A DNA stretch of 64,000 bases, taken from an uncultured Acetobacteraceae bacterium. Its GTDB lineage: Bacteria; Pseudomonadota; Alphaproteobacteria; Acetobacterales; Acetobacteraceae. Location of the stretch: positions 15,348-79,347 of the forward strand of contig CAXTSH010000001.1 in the NCBI GenBank assembly GCA_964246925.1. Direction: 5' to 3'. The notes beneath the pieces were generated by a model, which saw only the letters and a program-made list of their open reading frames with translations, searched no databases and was not told the origin of the DNA. Position numbers and translations under genes: made by a program. Shown here in pieces: positions 61,421 to 64,000 of the stretch. Every line of letters starts with the position of its first letter. Position 1 is the stretch's first letter.

Positions 61421-62992
61421 TCAGAAGAAGACGAGATGAGTCTTAAAGCCGAGGAAAGCGGCGTCGGGCAAGTTGTCCTGGGCGTTCGGCCGGATGTAGT
61501 ACTGGAAGTCGGGCGCGAACGTGAAGCCACGGAAGACGTGGATCGCGTAGTTCAGTTCGAAATCCATCGTCCAGGTCTGGATGCCGCTGGCACCGTTGTA
61601 GTAGTCGCTGACCGGGATCCCTTCCTCAATGTCGAGGGCCTGTGTCTTGCCGGCGTATCCGGAGATGTGCTGGTAGTTGATCAGAGCGTTGATCTGGTCG
61701 AGCGGGCGCGCCGGCCAGAAATCAAGGTCCTGCGCGCCAGCGTAGAACTCATCCGCATAGACCGCCGCATCGCTGGTTGGGTCGTTGTGGACGTAACCCG
61801 CCAGCGCGACGATTCCGTCGCTGGCGCCGGGGCCGTTGCGCAGCACCATCTGATCGACCAGCACGTAAGCCGTCGTCGAACCGTGATCGGTTCTCGGCGG
61901 CAGTCCGGTCAGAGCGAACGGAGCCCCGTTGATGTCGAAGTAGTTATCCGAATGAGGATTGTTGTCATAGACGAAGCCGAGTTTGTAGTGGCCGGGAAGA
62001 TGCTGCGGGCCGAAGCTCGGCTCCCAGCCGATCTCGACCGGGAATGCTTCGCCAGAGATGTAGGAGGAGTCGATCGTGAAGCCGGTCCGAAAGTTCTCCG
62101 CGACATTGTAGATGTTGCTCTGCGTGAAGAAGATACCGCTCTGGATATAGTAGTCCGGCAGCGGCCGCACGCGCACGCGGAAGGCCCAGTTCGCGTCGGG
62201 GTAGGACGAGTGCGAGATGTTGTCGGTGAAACCCTTGGGATTTCCGCAGATCGAGTTGCTCTCGTAGGCGCAGTAGAGCGGGGACGATGCGAAATCGTCG
62301 TCCAGCGGAATTCGACCGAACGTGAGGTCGAACTTGCCGCCGGCCAGCGTCTCCTCGCCGAAGAACTGCACCAGGTGGACCACAACGTTGCCGCCGGCGC
62401 CGTAGATTTCCTGGCTGGGGTTGAGGTTGTCGCCGATCAAGGTGCTCGCCGGGTGGCCGCCGTAACGGCCGACCACGATGGTGTGGGTGGAGAAGCCGGT
62501 CAGGCCGGCGAGCGTCTCCCAGTTGACGTCGGTTTCGAAGCCGTACTGGCCGGCAAACGATGCGCCGCCTTCGGTCTTGCCCGTGCTGGACGGAATGGGG
62601 CCACCGCCGCCGGTGATGTTGCCGGCGAACTCGTCGACCGTGTCAAAGATCACCGCGATGCCGTGATCGGTCAGGAAGGGCCGCAGGCCGAACAGGTTTG
62701 GAAGCAGAGAGTCAGAAAAGCCCGGAAGCGGCGGCTCGCTGCTGACGGCGTTCGGCGAGGGCGGGGTGCTGACGCCTGCGGCCGACTGCAATCCGGAAGC
62801 GCCGCTCTGCAGTCCGCCGGTTCCGGTCGCGCCGGCACCGACTCCGCCGTTCGCGCCGGTCGGATTGCCCGGCGTCGCCTGTCCCCAGGCGGTGACGCTC
62901 GCGACGCTCGCCATTGCGAGACCGAACAGAGGAGCCGCCAAGGCCCGCCGCGCCGTCACGCGACCCGATCGCCGCAACCAACCGATAGACAT
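61421..62992 (-). CDS. OprB-family porin (tandem paralogue B)
   Basis: ATG 62992 is preceded by AGGAGGAATTGCTT; the ORF track starts at 63022. MSIGWLRRSGRVTARRALAAPLFGLAMASVASVTAWGQ. The C-terminal ~60 aa are almost identical (one visible substitution) to paralogue A. Confidence 0.8.
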   Translation of the reverse strand: MSIGWLRRSGRVTARRALAAPLFGLAMASVASVTAWGQATPGNPTGANGGVGAGATGTGGLQSGASGLQSAAGVSTPPSPNAVSSEPPLPGFSDSLLPNLFGLRPFLTDHGIAVIFDTVDEFAGNITGGGGPIPSSTGKTEGGASFAGQYGFETDVNWETLAGLTGFSTHTIVVGRYGGHPASTLIGDNLNPSQEIYGAGGNVVVHLVQFFGEETLAGGKFDLTFGRIPLDDDFASSPLYCAYESNSICGNPKGFTDNISHSSYPDANWAFRVRVRPLPDYYIQSGIFFTQSNIYNVAENFRTGFTIDSSYISGEAFPVEIGWEPSFGPQHLPGHYKLGFVYDNNPHSDNYFDINGAPFALTGLPPRTDHGSTTAYVLVDQMVLRNGPGASDGIVALAGYVHNDPTSDAAVYADEFYAGAQDLDFWPARPLDQINALINYQHISGYAGKTQALDIEEGIPVSDYYNGASGIQTWTMDFELNYAIHVFRGFTFAPDFQYYIRPNAQDNLPDAAFLGFKTHLVFF

Positions 62993-63131
62993 AAGCAATT
63001 CCTCCTGGCGTCTTATTCCCAACGCGTTCCCGTAACTATCTAGAACGCGGGAAACGTAAGCGTCCAGGCCGAGACGATCGCCTGTGTGTCGGATCGATCC
63101 CGGTGCGGCAAGAAGGGCACACTTCGGTCGG

Positions 63132-64000
63132 TCACACCTGTTCGCCCGCGTCCAGACGCGCGAGAAAGCGTTTCGCCTCGCCTTCCAGGGCCGCCCGTCT
63201 GGACGGGTCCATCTTCGCCAGCGTGCGCAGCGGCATCGCCATCCGCTGGTTGCCCGCGAGCAGCACCTGGTGGCGGGACATGAAGTCCCAGTAGAGAAAG
63301 TTGAACGGACAGGCGCCCTCCCCCGTCGAACGCTTCACGTCGTAGCGGCAGCCGGCACAGTAGTCGCTCATCCGGTTGATGTAGGCGCCCGACGCCGCGT
63401 AGGGCTTGGAGCCCATCACGCCGCCATCGGCGAACAGCGCCATGCCGCGGGTGTTGGGCATTTCCACCCACTCGTAGGCGTCGGCGTAGACGACGAGGTA
63501 CCATTCGTCGACCTGGTCCGGGTCGAGCCCGGCCAGCAGCGCGAAGTTGCCGGTGATCATCAGGCGCTGGATATGGTGGGCGTAGGCATTGTCGCGCGTG
63601 GCTCCGATCGCCTCGGCGAGGCAATGCATGCCGGTCTCGCCGGACCAGTAGAACCAGGGCAGTTTGCGGTGCGCGTCCAACGCATTGCGTTGGCCATATT
63701 CGGGCATGTGCAGCCAATAGACGCCGCGCACATATTCCCGCCAGCCGATGACCTGGCGGATGAAGCCCTCGGTCGCTGCCAGCGGCGCCGCGTCGTCCCG
63801 CCACGCAAGCTCGACGGCACGGCAGATCGCGAGCGGGTCGAGCAGGCCAAGATTGAGCGAGGTCGAAATCAGGGCGTGAAACAGCGCCGGCGCGCCCGTC
63901 TTCATCGCGTCCTGCCAATCCCCGAACGACGGCAGCCGGGCGGCGATGAACTCGGCCAGCGCGTGCTGCGCCGCCTCCGCGGTCACGGGCAGCGAGAAGC
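63132..64000 (-). CDS. Partial CDS (C-terminal part): FeS-containing bacterial cryptochrome/(6-4) photolyase family (PhrB/CryB-like)
   Basis: The frame is open to the window end. WREYVRGVYW, HHIQRLMITGNF, and the Cys cluster MHC...YCAGCRYDVKRSTGEGACPF (C..CxxCx12C) typical of the [4Fe-4S] FeS-BCP group. Confidence 0.75.
   Translation of the reverse strand, partial: FSLPVTAEAAQHALAEFIAARLPSFGDWQDAMKTGAPALFHALISTSLNLGLLDPLAICRAVELAWRDDAAPLAATEGFIRQVIGWREYVRGVYWLHMPEYGQRNALDAHRKLPWFYWSGETGMHCLAEAIGATRDNAYAHHIQRLMITGNFALLAGLDPDQVDEWYLVVYADAYEWVEMPNTRGMALFADGGVMGSKPYAASGAYINRMSDYCAGCRYDVKRSTGEGACPFNFLYWDFMSRHQVLLAGNQRMAMPLRTLAKMDPSRRAALEGEAKRFLARLDAGEQV

Noticed and set aside
59245-63043. Two long + strand ORFs (733 aa and 535 aa)
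   Set aside because: They are antisense to the two OprB porin genes. Both are Val/Arg/Asp/Gly-rich repeats mirroring the porin codons. The porin frames have signal peptides and the conserved C-terminal Phe.

Overview
This is a high-GC chromosomal window. The gene content and synteny look alphaproteobacterial: class I LysRS, the helicase-S4-fdxA-carD block, usg, CIRCE-groESL and petBC. I could support about 60 protein-coding genes. I found no rRNA, tRNA, CRISPR array, transposase, integrase or prophage genes.

Main content from left to right:
- A partial sensor gene, then two tandem S53 (sedolisin) peptidases and an aldo/keto reductase.
- A surface-glycan block (PglE/DegT-like aminotransferase, PglF/CapD-like dehydratase, WecA-like initiating transferase) interrupted by two tandem two-domain retropepsin-like lipoproteins.
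- MarR, a SUV3-like helicase, an S4-domain protein, fdxA, carD and a GT8 glycosyltransferase.
- A small decaying patch holding a GMC oxidoreductase remnant and an Arg/Trp-rich secreted peptide.
- A proline iminopeptidase, a long PIMT-type methyltransferase, BI-1, ThpR and a UDG-family protein.
- A class I lysS translationally coupled to a short MprF-like gene, then a DinG-like helicase.
- A block of three TonB-dependent receptor genes with small exported partner genes, one partner decayed, plus a receptor-end fragment.
- cspA, groESL with CIRCE, usg, a dienelactone hydrolase and an LprI/DUF1311 gene with an in-frame TAA.
- petB-petC-mtnP with no adjacent Rieske gene, hemF and an AI-2E transporter.
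- Three OprB-family porins, two of them a near-identical tandem pair, and a partial FeS-type (6-4) photolyase.

I did not recognise a defence or other multi-gene system that I could call novel with confidence. The most unusual items are:
- the bilobed retropepsin-like lipoprotein pair inside the glycan locus;
- the lysS-mprF-like couple with a truncated synthase domain;
- the duplicated and decaying TBDR module;
- petBC-mtnP without petA;
- an orphan long PIMT homologue;
- an Arg/Trp-rich secreted peptide.

All functional calls come from reading motifs by eye. No database searches were run.
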